Positions 12,601 through 27,600 of a DNA stretch of 64,000 bases are shown here, piece after piece (the stretch's first letter is position 1; each line of letters starts with the position of its first letter). A program made the translations under genes and the position numbers. The DNA is from Amoebophrya sp. A120 (taxonomy: Eukaryota; Protista; Dinoflagellata), in the NCBI GenBank assembly GCA_905178155.1, contig CAJINV010000013.1, positions 2,360,281 to 2,424,280 of the forward strand, in the 5' to 3' direction. Below the pieces are notes generated by a model, which was given only the letters and a program-made list of their open reading frames with translations, did no database searches and was not told where the DNA came from.

Positions 12601-15600
12601 ACGAGGGGCAGATCGGCTTCCAAATCGACCCGCCGTCCGAGCCGTTTTACGAGAGGCAGATCCAGTTGAACGGGACTGTGGTGGAGATTAACAAGGCTTT
12701 GACTTTACGCATTGCAAAGGTATCGTATAATTTAGTGCAGATCGCATGACAAATTTTTACAGAAGGAAAAATAGAACTTGTCATGCTGGATCAGGTAAAG
12801 AAAACGGATCTGTCATGCCAGGCTGCAAACTCCCGTACGAGCACGATACTTTTGCACAGGATAATTTTACCTCCGTTGGCGGATCCCGAAGCGGGAGTTG
12901 AACACGAAGCAGTCGGTCGTCACCGCGCGCCTGAAGTGCAGACGCGGGGGGGAGATGAATGAGCAAGCCACAACAGCAGAGCAGAATGGCCAGCCGCGGC
13001 CGAGAAAGTCCGACTACAGGGTTGCGGACGTGCGAGAGGCGTTTATCTTCTTGACGGACAATGATTTTAAGACGGAGAAACCGATGCTGATCCGGTCGGA
13101 CACGGATGAACAGGTGGAGTATTCCGAGACGGACTACCCGAAATTCATCATCCACCCCGGCCGCGAGTTTTCGATTTACGACAAGACGAAGTGGCAGCTG
13201 CACTACCGAGAGACCGACGTGATGTTGTTCCTGGACCTCCGCTGCACCAGCTCCTGTCTGTTCACAAACCACGTGGTGGAGTGGAAGGATTCGCGGGTCC
13301 GCGTCGCGGGGACCGTTTCCGCCTTGAACGCATGGCTCAAATTCCTCCAAGTGAAGGTCATTGACCGGTCCGCGACGAAAAGAACCACGGTGGAAAATTT
13401 ACAGTTTTTGGAGATCCGCGTGTGGGACGCGTCGCTGACCGATGCGACGGATACGTACGAGAAAACGCCGGACTCGACGTCCCTCTACGTCGCTGCGAAG
13501 GTGGAGCTGAACTTGGTTCCCAGTCCGGAAGCGAAAGCGACCCCATTGCTATCCACCGCGTCCGCGGTGTTCGACGTTTTTCCATCCGACCACCCGAAAT
13601 TTCTACAAGGGTTCGTGAAGTCGGATACCGTCGTCCCCGGGGTTAATGGTCAAGTGAACGCGGCCACGCGGAAGGAGATGCAGAAGAAGAGAGCATATGT
13701 CGAGTTGGAAAACGCCTTTCGGTTAGTGTCCCGCGACGCGCAGAATTTGTTCAATTTTGCGGATAATTTGGACGACGTCGAAGAGCTGTTAACTTTGCAG
13801 GTTTTCACACGGAATCTCAACGCGGTTTTAGCCATGAACGGCACCGCGACCACGAACAAAGAGAATACGTTTCTCTACCCGACAAGAACCGATGACATCA
13901 ACGGTAGTACTCAGTTCTACTACGGGGATTCGATAAAACCCCCGGAGTTGGAGGAAAACGAAACTGCGTCCACCCTTCCCCCCGCGTTCGAAAACGTCAC
14001 CTACACGTACGGGTACGGGGCGGTGAGCGAGAAACCGAAAATGCAGCCGGTGTACTACGAGGGGCAGCGAATCGTCATCGCGAACCGAACCGCGAAGTTC
14101 CTGAATGCCGCTTTACTGACTCTCCGGTACTTCAAACCATTGCCGAATGAAGATTCGATGGGTAACAGTTTGGAAGACAGCAGCAAGGTGGATGATTCCA
14201 ACGAGGCACCTCCGGAAGACGATTTAGTGACGGTGCAAATCCTGAAGCAGACGCAGAACTTGAATTACCGGGCGCACGGCGGGAACGCGATCGTTTATGA
14301 AGAGGAGATCGTCCAGGAGGGTTCGGTGCCGATCTACTACATGGCCCCGGAAGCCAAGCCGGAGGTGTTCGTCGACAAATCCTTGTTTGATCCGTTGCTG
14401 AAGTACACCTTGTACGACGAGTCCGGAAACAACATCGGCATGCGCGGCACGGTATCTCCCGCAAGAGTTTCGTAGTTGCTACTTAGTTGCAGCTGGTGCC
14501 ATCATGCATGACCAAAAATGCGTTTCGCTATCTGAATCTGCATGAGAGATTTCATCTTCATGAGCGACAGCGATGCTTTTGCAATGCATACACGGAAGGA
14601 AAAGAGAAGAACGAGATTGATCCGAAACAGGCGACCTACGTTTTCTTCGCGGACCACACGCATAGATTAGTGGAGCTCGGCTCCGTTTTCAACTACAGAA
14701 AAATCGACTACGCCGGGTCGATTGTGGTTACGTGCGTGCGGTGTGACGGGTTTTTGATGCAGGACGTGTCGGAATTGCAGGAATCGCCCCGGAAGCCGTT
14801 AACGGTGACCTACCGGGACTACAGGCAATTGAAAGCCTTGACAAGCACTCTCCGATACGTCGCGAACGGGAATTTCACGGGTATCGACCGCGTGGAGTTC
14901 ACGATCTACGGGTTAAGAGCCCATCCCAGCTACACCAAAGTCCACCCTTTTACGGCTTTCGTCGGTGTTCACGTGACCAAATACGAACTGAAGCAGGCGC
15001 CTTTGATTCTAGCTGTCCGAGACTTCGAAACTGGGACTTTACACCCGGACGGGCTCACTGAAGATTTGGTTTTCAAAGAGGATTCGGTGGAAAAAATTGG
15101 GTTTGTGATCGAGCCCTTAGAAGTGGAACTGACTTCCGACGGAATCGCGTTGCAACCTCTGTTGAAGACCGCGAACGGGAAGCCGGGGTCGATCGAGTTC
15201 TCCAATAACGGCGTGAACAAGGGGGGCTGTTTCCGGGACCACTACGGCCCGGGGCGATTGTTGCAAATCACGGGGACCACGTCCCCCTGTGCGCTGTTCA
15301 CCGTGGTGACCGTTCTGGTGAATCAGACCAACGCGTTTGAGCTCTACCCCGCATATGACGTGGGCTCCAACGGCACCTCCGCTTTTCGGTTCCAGTCCAC
15401 CAGCTACCCGGACCAATGTTTAACTTACAACCCGGTTTTGGAGCAGTGGAATCTGTTCGCGTGTGGCTCCGCTTTCGTCGCCACGGGGTCTCCTCAGATA
15501 TTCTACTTGAGGACCGGGATGGTCGCCGACGATGGAGGCCCTAGTACTTCTGTCTCCCAAGAGCAAAAAACCTACTGCGCGGTAGTCGCAAATCCCCCGT

Positions 15601-18600
15601 ACGAGGGCTCAGCAACCGCGGGGGATTTGCACGAGTACTGTGTGGAGCAGGGGAAGATCGATTTTGTCACTGCAGACTACGCGGTGAAGGGGGACGCGGT
15701 GTATCCGAACGGTACTGCGTGTTCCGCTTCGAATTTTTCCATCGACATCTTACCTCAATTGGAAGAAGTCTGTTCTAGCACCAACTCCTCGGTCTACTGC
15801 GAGTTTCCGACGAGCTACTTGCCGGGAGGGTCGAAGTTTGTGGAACAAACAGGTTCATCGGCTTCCGCGAATGGAACGGCGATAAACAATGGGTCCAACA
15901 GCAGCGGTGCGGTGAGCACGATGTCAATCGAGGATCAACTAAAATCCGTCCGCGGCTGCGACCTGGAGCTCCAACTCTCCTACTATTGCCCGAACAATCT
16001 CCACACGCCAATCGACAAGAAAATCCCGTACCTGTACTGGGAGCAGGGTTTCGAAGACGCAATCCGGACCGTGATGTGCGACGCGCCCTTCCGCTACAGC
16101 CGGCAAACCGAGTACATTCTGAAGCTCTTCTCCGCGAACGGAGAGGGAAGTTGGCAGCTGCGATACCCGAAGGAATTGAAATACTTGCCCTTTCTTCGGG
16201 ACTCCGACGCGGAAGTGTCGCCGACGGGGCCAGTGGAGCTGGCCAGCGCAGCTGGTGCTAAAGCGAACTACACACTGAATCTCGGAAAGTCTGGCGATGC
16301 GGACTTCCTCGATGCGTCGAATACGACCTCCGCCTACATCCCGGAAAACAAGACCCGCGAGCAGTTGATGAAACAGTTCGACCTGAACGAGCAAAACGCG
16401 GGCACGGCGCAGACCATGCTGGACGAGCAGCCGCCACTCTTGCTGGAGATGCAGCCGAAAAACCGGTCGACGAAGGTTTGCGAGCAGCCCGTGTTGAGAT
16501 ACACCTTTTCCGAGCGGATTCAGCTGAACCAGAAAGAGAACATGGTTTTGGTGTACAACTGTGGCTGGTATCCGGTGGTGAATGAGAAAACGAAACTCTC
16601 AACGATCGGCACTGCTGCCGGCTCGACCGAGCTGCGCATCGGCGACGACACGCGGAAGAACGACAGTAGTGGCCAAGCGGCGTTCTTGCAGGACCCGAAT
16701 TTATTGAACGTGTGGAACAGCAGCTCTGAAATGAAAGCCTCCGGTGGCATAACGACAGCAAAGGACACTCTGTTCCCCCACGGGTTTGAAAAACAGCTGA
16801 TCCCGAGTTACTGCAAGTTAGAGCAAACGGTTTCGACAAACAGTTTGAAGGACTTTCAAAGCCAGCCCCTGGGCTTGATGGCGACGAGCTTCGAGGAATC
16901 CGCGGATAGCCGGGGGTTGGAGATCAAAACAGAGTACCGCTCTTTGATCGTGAAACTACCGAAAAAGCTCCAGCCGTTGTCCGAGTACCGGGTGTTGTTA
17001 TCGAACGGAATCGTGTTCGACCTTCACGGGCAGAAGTATCGGAATGACGAGGTGGCGACGATGGCATTGCAAGTTTTCCGCACCGGTGCCAATGACGTGG
17101 ATTCGGTTGCGCCGCGCAGTTGGCGGCTGGAAGCGGTGCAGTATGTGAAGACGATCACGGATGAGGATAGTGCAACGTCAACTTCATCTGTAGCAAACTC
17201 ATCAAGCAACTCCTCATCTTCTGGCGGAGAGGGAGAAGCAGGTACAACTAGCAGCGGCGCGAAACCAAAAAAGTACGTGTGGCAAGTTTCGGAATTCGAA
17301 CTTTTCCAGTCGGCCGATTGCGACGCAAGTGGAGCCCCCGCACAGAACGTTTCTTCCAGGCTGAAAGGCGTTCCGTTTTCCTCCACCGCGTGGAGTTCTG
17401 CTTTTCCAGCGGAGAACGCCTTTGACGGCAACCTCAACACGGTATTCGAGTCCAAGTTCGAATCGCACTACTCCGGCTTGTTCGCAGACGGCAACCCAAC
17501 GGCCTTGGAAATCCGGAACGAGATCCACGAACAGTGCGTCCGTTCGTTGATGTCGTCGAACACGTGGGTGCGGCGGAAGGACGCCGGAACGGTTCTTGCG
17601 AGAAATAGTGAGTCTGGCATGCAGAACACAACTACACAAACACAACAAGCTCTGAAAGACACTTTGTTCGCCGGAGGGTTCAACGATACTGTCGAAGCGC
17701 TGATCAGCTCGTTCTGCGAGAAACGGGGAATCACGCTCGGCTTGTTTCTGGCCCAGCCACAGATGGTCCGGAGTTTCAGGATCAGGCCAGCCAGGACGAC
17801 CAGTGGCGTCAACAGCACTGCAACCACTAACAGCTCGTCTGCAGAGGACGACGATGATTCGGGAAGCTTGCTCAATGGTGGCATGTCAAATGCTTCGAAC
17901 GCAAGTTCTGTTGCTGACAGCAACGGCACAAACGCTACAGCAACCGCTGCCGAGGATGTTGAAACCATTGCCGACCCGCCAGATGAGGTCGCATTGCAGT
18001 TCTGGTATTTCGGTCGGTGGCACACACTTGAACGGTTCGCTTACGCCACTGTGGTCTCTGATTCTCAACAGCAGGACCAGCCGGTATGCGTGAACTTTTT
18101 CGACGCAAGCTCCGGGATGGACAACGCGTTGCTCCGGGTTTTGAATGCTGAATTCCAAGCGAATTTCGAATCCGACGCAAAACTCCCCAAACTGATGCCA
18201 CAAAAGCTCCTAACCCTTCCAAAACTCCTTCCGCAAGACGAAAAAATCCTCTTTGATTCCGAGATGCTCGCGCCGCCGGTGCAGCTAGGGAGAGTTAGCC
18301 CCGGGAGTACGGTGTTACTCACGTTCGACCGGGACATTCAACTCGGGAAGTCGTCCGGAGATGCGGCTTTAGTCACGGTCGTGCAGGAGGTGCTGGACGC
18401 TGATAGTACAACCACAAACACGACGGTGAACAAGACAACAAGACTGTTTAAAATGATCGAGGACGAGGAGGAGAAGGTTCCATTGCCCGAGAATCGCCAG
18501 GCGAAAACCTACGAGTGTGGCTCAACTACTTCAACCGCGGTATCTTCAACAACTTCCGCCCAAGAAGGGATAGCAGCAATGATCTCCAACAGTGTGAAAA

Positions 18601-21600
18601 AGCAGCTCACCCTCACCCCGCCGCTCCAGCAGCAACTCGCGGGAGAACTGCACATCTCTCTCTACCAGAACCGCATGGTTTTAACGCTCCCGGAATCGCT
18701 CTTCCCGCAAAACTCGAAATTATCCGTGCACTTCGCGGCGGGTGCGATTGTCGATCTGTACGGCGGGCAATTCTACCACAGCGAACTGTTGATGGATGTG
18801 GTGGATTTGAACAAAACCGAGTCCCTCGCCGCGTACTTGAAGAAGGAAGTCTACTACAGTGGCGGGCAAACCATCGCGACCAGCTCGGTTGCGGACATGC
18901 AGGTCGCGTTGCCCCGGGACGCAAACCGGGACCTGATGGCCAGCTACGTGCACGACCGCAGCAACAAAATCGGCGTCATCGGCACCAGCAAAGACCCGTT
19001 GTTACTCATGTACGCCCCGCACCAACTGCAGACGGATTTTCTCGGCCAGGAATTTTTGTTCTTTTTCCGCGAGCCCATGGACACCGTCAGATATGACGGG
19101 CAGGTCTTTCCGATTGACAGTACTTCTATCTCGGAACAGTGGAAATCCAACCTGTACCTCATCATTCACGAGGTGAAAGACGTCGACAGTGAGCTCGCGG
19201 ACATCAAGACCATGCTGGATGACTACCGCTACCGTTCCCCCGACTGGGGCACGGACGTTCTGGTGAATAGTAGCGCGAGAGTCAAGGCATTGTCCACCGA
19301 TCCGGAACAGGTCCGATTGAACACCGGCGCGACCCTTCGTTCCTACCGCGAGCCGCTCTTCACGAACTACTCCCGGACGTCCGAGCGGGGGCCGGCGTTG
19401 TTCGTGCGGGATAAGGAAAATGCGGAAGTGAGTGCGAGTTTGAATTTGATCAAGTTCAAATTGTTTCAGCCCCTTGTCCCCGGAAAGAACTACATCGTGG
19501 AATTCCCCGGCGGTTTATTGCAAACAAAAGCGACGAGAACGCTGATTTTCAAGGGGATCAAGATCAACTGCCGGGTGAAATTACCGGTGCCGGAGATCGA
19601 CAATTCCCTCCAGATCGCGAAGTTTTACGAGTCTTTCGTGTACTTGAAAGAGGAGGAGAAAGCCAGTCGATCCGGCGCTTTCTCCGATTTCACGGTGTTT
19701 GAAAAAAAGCAAACGGCGTTTTTGAAGCAGCTGTACGACGGGAAGCGGGTTCTACAGGAGTTCCAAATTCGAGGTCCGGCCATGGCGTTGGCGGAGTTTT
19801 TGGACGATCTTGAGTACTACACCGGGGAGCGGTCGCAAACGGTCAATACCTATGCGCGCGCGGAAGTGTACTTCGCGACCAATCTGACGCTAGTCGCGGA
19901 CCAGGAAGTGAACATGCGGATCGACAGACTACAGAACCGGGTGCCGCTCATCTACTACGATCGGTCGAAAATCAGCATGGATTTGAAGCTATGCATGGCA
20001 AAAGTACCGTGCGTAGTAGTAATTGCATTACAGATTTTGGCAAGCCGAAAAGTGCAACTTGTCGTGCAGAGTCAGGTCACGAGAAGGCTTTGTCATGCAA
20101 GAGTGCAATTAGTACAACCGGAGTACGATACTACTTTTGCAGAGTATAGAATCGCAACGATTTCTACAGCTACCACGCGAAGAAAAAGCTACAGACGCAG
20201 CTACGGGCGAATTTACTGGCAGCCTCGACCTCTTCCTCCTCCGCCTCTGCGGTAAGCGTGTCCGCAAGGCTCGCGGGCGATTCGAATGTCTTGAAGATGA
20301 GGGAAGACTACCAGGGCTATGACCCGGCCTTGGACCCGACGAGGAAACTTTCCCTAAGGACCATCGCCGGCGCACCCTACCCGCTGAAAAAAATCGTCAT
20401 GAAGGACGACATTTACCAGGGCTTTCAGTGGATGACGTTGACCGTCGTCGCGACGGAGGGGTTGATCTACGTGGACGAACACTATTTGTTGCAGCCCCGG
20501 CCGTTCAGATTGATGTCGGGGACGTTGAACGGCACCACCGCGCTGACGATTTCCGGCACGCTGTACGACTTGAACCACATCGCGCGAAACTTGCAGTACG
20601 CGTACCCGATGCGGTCCAAAGCGGTGCTGAATCTGGAAAACCAGCTCGAGCAGCCGATGCAGAACGTGAAGGTAAACTTCGTGTTGTCCGACGGCATGGC
20701 GGTAGCGGGGTACACGAACAACAGCAAGTCGATGCACGAATTTAGTTACAACAACGTCGACGAACCGCTGGACGCGTCGAACTTGACCAAACCGGATTTA
20801 TTTCAGTTCGCCGGCCGGGTGTTGGGCCTGAAGGACAACGTCCCGGTCAGCAACGCGGAAATGTACATCACCAACTACTTCACACTGGTGAAGCAAAACC
20901 GGTACGTGAAGAGGGAATCGAGATGGAACATGACGTCGAATTCTCCCGAGTTGAACTCGAATCTAGAGCAGGTTCTCGGCGATCTGGGCAGAATGCAGAA
21001 TTTTTCGACTTTAGGGACCCCGCCCGGGACGCATTTCCTCCCCGAGATCGTCCAGAAGGAAGAAAAACACCACATCGTCACGGACGAAAAGGGGAATTTC
21101 TTGACGTTTTTGAAGAGGGGTTCCGCGAAAGTCGAGATTTTTCGGCAGGCGAGCTACGCGTATTTAGACTTCGTCGAGTACGATATCCCGATCCAGCAGC
21201 ACTACAGTGCGAACAATCTGGAATTCTTCCTCCAGCCGGACAACACGCCACTGTTGTGGGAGGTGGAATTGGAATACGACCAGTTTGACGTTGACAAATT
21301 GGATTTAGACCTGCATTCCTTCATCAACACGACGAATTTCTATTGCCACACGAGCTACCGAACCCCCAAATGCCAGCACGACCGGCTGATCGGCGCAAGC
21401 TCGGAGCTCGTGCAGGATCGATACGGCCGCGGGTTGATCAGAGAGACTCTCACTCTCTTCACTTGGCCGGACATCTGCAACTACCCGTACTTCCCCTTCA
21501 CCAACGAGGGGGGTATCAACGTGATCGACTCGCCGTACATATTAGAGGGCAAGCGGTTCCACGAACTGTGCAACGGGAATTTCTACCTCTGGGTGCAGAT

Positions 21601-24600
21601 CCACACGAGTTCCGTCGCGAAGTTCTCCGACATCAACGGCGAAGTGAAGGTGCGGGTGAAGAAGTCGCAGTACAAACAAGACCAGTACTACGAGCCGGCT
21701 AACAAGCAGGACGCGATCGTGATCGGGGAGTTTGACTTGAGGAAAGCGAAGCACGTTGCCACCACGGAACACAGCAAGTACACGACGTACGGCGGTGAGA
21801 ACGCAAAGGAGCGACAAACGGAGAATGTCTGGCTGGGCTTCCGGATTCCTTTGGACACGGTGGATAAGGTGGAATTCATTCACGAAGTCGGAAACCGGGA
21901 CAATTTGGTAAATTGGATCAACTACGACCTGCTGTCTGAACCGCTTCGGATGAGAAGCAGGAGGCAACTGGAGGAGGAGGAGAGCAGACGGAAGCTGACG
22001 GAGGCTGTTCTAGGAGGTGCTGGGGAGGAATACAATAGTTTTGCTGCAACCCTTGCCAGGCAAGCTGCGCCTGTCCGCCGCTCCTTGTTCGAGGTGAACA
22101 ACACAGCAAATGTAGCTTCTAGTACTTCCGCGAAACAGGTTCTCTCCAAAGAAGACTACCTGCACTTCGGCGGCGACAGCGGGACGGCGTTCTCCTCCAG
22201 ACAGCTTTCCCTCCTGTCCGACAGTACCGGAAAACAGGTCGCGACGGTGGCGAGTAATAAGAAATTGAACCAAGCAAATCTAGTGCCGTTGAAATCAGCA
22301 AGGAAAAATTTCGTTGGGAAAGACAAGAGGCGGATCCACGATTTTGAATCGTCAAAACGGATGCTTTTGGACGACGCCGCGGTTGAGTTTGCGAAGAAAG
22401 TTGACGAGGAGCTGGATGGAAGGGTGGAGGAGGAATTGACTGCGTTTGAAACGAGACTTACTGCTGTGAAGAAGAAAATGATGCAAGAGCAAAGCAGTTC
22501 CACACCAGGTGCGGGAAGTGCGTCTCGGCGATTTTTGGAGCATCACATTGATCCGAGGAAAGACTTGGGGCGCGGCGTGCATGAGGTGTTTCAGGGACCA
22601 TTTCCGCTGGTGGAAGCCAGTACCGGTGCAGGAACTGCGCAGGGAGCATCATCTTCCGCACAGGAGGACAATTCCAATTCAACCGACGCAGATACTTCCG
22701 GTGATGACAACACAACCGACGGTAATAGCTCAAATGTGTCTAGTACTTCTTCCGCAGCGGTGGTAACTACAGCTTCGACTTCCCAAAACACGACGCAAAA
22801 CTCCACCGGAGTTCCTTTTCCCTACATTGGCAAATCGATCTTCTTCACCCCGATTGTCACGAAAGAGGACCTCTACGACGATTCCGGCTTCAATTTGCAG
22901 CGTTCCATCGAGCGCATCAGTGCCGCGACGAACACGACCACGTCTCCGCCGATGCTGGTCGTTTCCAATGTCGTTACGAACTACAAAATCGCTTGCATCT
23001 CCGACCACCCGTTCGACATGCCCGATCGGGGGCTGCACTACAGCACTCCGGGCGTCCACTGGCAGAAGGAATTGGTTTTCGGGAACAGAGTGTCCGACTC
23101 GCAGTTCATCCAAGTGCACTTCAACAGCTTCGAAAAGTTCAAGTTCTACGGCACGGACTACCGCTCGCTTTTCGTGTCCCCTAACGGGTATATCACATTT
23201 GAATCCGGGGACAAACTCAATTACAACTACGCGCACCCACAAAACCACTACCGGCGGGTCCGTGTCGCGCCCTTATTCGGCCACTTTTCCCCGTTCACCG
23301 GCAAGGTGTTTTACCAGGAAACGTCGGACGACAGAACCGGGAAAAATCCGCGGATTGTCATCACGTGGGAAGATGTGGAAACCTTCGCGCAGTACTTTTA
23401 CCGCACTTACGATGGAGAGGTCACTCCCTCTTCGAGAGAACAGTTGGAAAAGCTGTACAACCAGTCCACAACACCGGAAATCCTCGCCGAATACGCGACG
23501 AAGGCACCGCAACAGTACTTGCTGCCGGACTTGCTGCTCGGGAAGGAGTTGTCGACGAAAGCTTATGAGAATCACATCCGGAACTGGAAGGAGAAAAAGT
23601 TCAACTACTACACGTTTTCCGCCGCTTTGTACATCGAAACCGGGGAGATCAGGTTTTCCTATTCGAAAAAATTCCCAGAATTACTCTCCGAAGTCGACAA
23701 TTTCCTCTCCGGCTTGTCCCCCGGGCCGCAAACCGCGACGCACTTCCAGCGCTACGGGTCCACAACCATCACCGCTCTGGTCGAGGAACGGGATCTGATC
23801 GCGAACAGCAGCAACGTGACAGTTTCACAGACTGTCCTGAACGACACGGGGACTGGGTACGAGGAAATCCAAACCTACGTCCGCAACGACTGCCAATCGG
23901 TGTGTGGGAATAAAGTCAAAGAAATCTTCGAGACCTGCGAGGTGAACGGCCCGAGCTACGGGTGCTATTTGAACAACTGCACGACGCGCCGGGGGTACTA
24001 CTGCGACGACTTTGGGCAGTGCTTCGCCGCGAAATGCGGGGATGGGTACCGGGATGAGGACATTGGCGAGACTTGTGATGACTTCAATACGAACAACGGG
24101 GACGGCTGTTCGTCTACTTGTCAAATCGAGCCGGGGTTCACGTGTAAAAGAAAATCCCAGTTCGATGCCGACAGCTGTCGTCTCTTCCACCTTATCAACT
24201 GTAAAAATGTCTGGGTCTGGAAGATTTCTAGATTTGTCATGCACATTTTGCATGACTCCTGATACCTGTGATGCATGCCCTAGAGTCACAGATTTTGTGA
24301 GGGCTTCCTGATGCCTATACCGCATGACAAATGCTCTTTCCGTGTAGCAAAACTTGGACTCTCTTTGCTGCTCATGCAATACAGATTTTTTTAGAATCCA
24401 AAGTTAGCATGACAAGTTGGATTCTTCCAGACCCAGACATTTTTACAGTTGATACACCTCGCACCCTCGGAATTTTTCAAGTACCCCAGTTACGGCTCCG
24501 ATGGGCGGTTCATGGGGAACAGCTTCGACCTGCAGATATCATAAGAACAAAGTTCGTCACGATCACGCATGGGTATTTTTGCACTACAAAAAATGCCTGT

Positions 24601-27600
24601 CATGCGTAAAAATGCATGATAGCCTTCTTCAAAAGGGATTTCCCTTAGTGTTGCTGCAATGCAAGGAAAAGTTGTGATGCTAAAAAAAATTGCATTACAA
24701 ATTTCGCATTAAATGCAAAATCTCCAAGATAGTGACTGTGACAAACTTTTTTCTCTCCATAGCAGAGGCAGGCTTTGTACTACAGTCCGCGCAAGGATAA
24801 GAAGGTGGAAATTGGGGCTTTCACGAAAAATTTTGTCAACGACACAACCAACGCGGACAACGAATTTTTCCAACAGGGCTACTCCGTCTGCCGGCAGGAG
24901 TTTTTTGCGAACGAGAAAACGAGAAGTAGTTCAGGCTCTGCAGTATCTACTACTACCCAAAATTTAAATTACAAAGACGACACGAAGCCTATGCCCGACT
25001 ACCCGTCGAGCCGCGCGACGGTCATTCCCAGGGGCTATCTGTCCGAAGACGACAGTTTTGAGGTGGCGTTTCCAGACGACAAAGAGTTTGAATTCTTTAG
25101 CCAAAAGTACAAAACTTTTTTCATTGGTTCCAACGGGTATCTCACCTTCCAAGCGCCGGACACCAGTACAACCGCGAGTCTCGCCGCGCACTTCGACCAG
25201 CCCCGGATTTCCGGCTTCTTCGATGATTTGAGCCCAAATCTGACCCCGGATTCCTCGGTCACTTACGAGACGAAAGACTGCGTTAGCGACAGTCCGGCAG
25301 CGGCGAACAATGAGAACTACGACAATCTGTGCAGAATGGTGATCACCTACATGAATGTCCACCGGCACGGGCTGCAGACCTCCCAGGAGGTTTTGACGAG
25401 AAATCTGACTCTCGACAACACGTTCCAAATCACGCTTTACCTGAATACGAACGTGATCCGCATTCTGTGGTGGAATTTGATGGAATTCCCTCTATCCTAC
25501 CCGGGCTTCGTTATCGGAATATCAGGGGGAAGAACCGCACTCGGTGCCCCCTACCAAAACGCCTTCGGGTCCAGCTTGTATCTGAAGCAGGGGTACCTGA
25601 CTTTGCCGACAAATTCCGCGACTTTTCCGCGGAACACAGTTTTCGCGGACGTTTTCAAGGACTCCTTCACGATAGAGTTTTACTACAAGGTCGATCTGCA
25701 GGACAGACTCAAAGTGCAAACGAACCAAATTGTGCCGATTTTCACGACTACAATCACCGACGCGAGCTCCGCGAACCAGCTGAATCTGTATTTGAACGCG
25801 GACAATTCTCTGTCCCTCCGCCTCGCCGGGACGAACATGCCGTCGCCGTTCACGAAGATGGACAAGTTTCGCTTACCACTGGACACGTGGGTACACTTGG
25901 CCTTCGTCGTCGAGCGCAAATCCACGCAGTGCTCGCTGGTCACGAATTCCTGCACGTATGTGATTCTCTACGTCGATTCGATCCGCGAGGGGGATGCGGA
26001 GTTGGACGAGTCGTGGCATTTTTCCAGTGTGGAGGAAATTTCGACAAATGTTGCCACCAACATCACGACGAACACGACGAAAGTCACGTATTTGGCCCAC
26101 GACTTCAACAACGGACAGGGTTTCCGCATCGGCGGCGGCGACATTAGCCTTCCCGACCCGACGAGCCAGAGTTCCGGGCAGTTGAGCACGCAGGCGGCGT
26201 ATTTTTACCAGTTTCGGATTTACAAGCGAGTGCTGCAGCCGAAGGAGCTCGGGAAGTGCGAGTTCCACGAGGATTTCGAGGCGCGAAACGCTTTGGTGGT
26301 GCAATTCACGTTTGACCAGACTTTATCCGAGTTGAAAAATGGGTTGAAAGTGGACCGGTTTGGCGAGATGGAGTTCCTGCACGAGACCCCGTCGGAAACC
26401 ACCTGTGCGGCGAAAACCACGGTGGCGACTGGACTGCAGGAAACGGGCGACTTGACGGACGACTTATCCTCCGCGCCCCTGTGCACCTTTGAGCAAACTT
26501 GCGGGAATTTCATTTTGGAAAATCTCGAGGAGTGCGACGACGGAAACTTAGATGACAGCGACGGCTGCGACAGCAACTGCCGGATCACGACCAATTACGC
26601 GTGCGAGTCGCAACTGATTGCCAGTACGAATGACTACGGGAACAGCACTTGTCATTTAGTCCAGTGCGGCGACGGGATAAAGGAGGGGACGGAGGCTTGC
26701 GACGACGGAAATTTGCTCGACTTGGACGGGTGTTCGAAGGATTGTATCATTGAACCAGGGTACGCCTGCACCGCGACCAGCACGTCACTCGTCTCCGGGA
26801 CCTACAACCCGTCAATTTGCAGCGGTATCTGCGGCGACGGGCGGGTGGTTGCGAACGAAACGTGCGACGACGCGAACGAATTGAACTTCGACGGGTGCGA
26901 CGAGAACTGTGGCGTGGAAGTTGGGTACAAATGCCTTTTAACCGAAAGACCGACAAAATGCCTCCCGATCTGCGGCGACGGGGTGCGAATCGGCGGGAAA
27001 GAGGAGTGCGACGACGGGAACACGGCGAATTCCGACGGGTGTAGCGAACACTGTAAAGTGGAGCTCAACTGGCACTGCGCGACGCCCGCCGAGCAGTCGA
27101 CGCGGACGCTGATCAACGAGTTGGGGGCGATCAACGTGTTTGAAACCGTGAATCCGCAGACGCAGCAGATCGAGATCATGCGGAAATACCACACTTTTGA
27201 GACGATCATCAACAACGACATCAGCGAGCGGATCGTGCCAGAATCGTTTACGTTTGGCTTAGGTGACAACTGCAAACGGACGGTTTGTGGGGATGGATTA
27301 ATCGAAGGGCAGGAGGAGTGCGATGACTACAACGGCTTCAACTACGACGGCTGCTCTTCCACTTGCAAAATCGAGCCGCAGATGGAACTCAATACCGCCG
27401 TCGGGACGATCGAGGTCAACGTCTTTCCCCGACCGCAGAAGTGCCGCCTGGAAAACGGGTACCAGATCGAGCTATTCGAAGAGTCGGAAGCGGGGTATGT
27501 GTCTGAAGTGGAGAAAATTGCCGGGGTGCTGAAATCTTTGGAAGGTGGTATCATGAGTAAAAGCGTCACCGCCCCAAGGTTAAGTTGGGACGAGGTCTGC

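Larger units (their letters stand above)
23070..25530 (+). other. Two NIDO (nidogen)-like domains in the giant protein (about 23070-23720 and 25040-25530)
   Basis: FKFYGTDYRSLFVSPNGYITF...VAPLFGHFSP and FEFFSQKYKTFFIGSNGYLTF...ISGFFDDLSP...NTFQITLY; recognised by eye, not by HMM. Confidence 0.6.
23890..27370 (+). repeat. Cysteine-rich CGDG...E.CDDGN...DGCS..C repeats (Myxococcus cysteine-rich / DUF4215-like)
   Basis: Clusters at about 23890-24180 and 26480-27370, e.g. CGDGIKEGTEACDDGNLLDLDGCSKDC and CGDGVRIGGKEECDDGNTANSDGCSEHC. Confidence 0.85.
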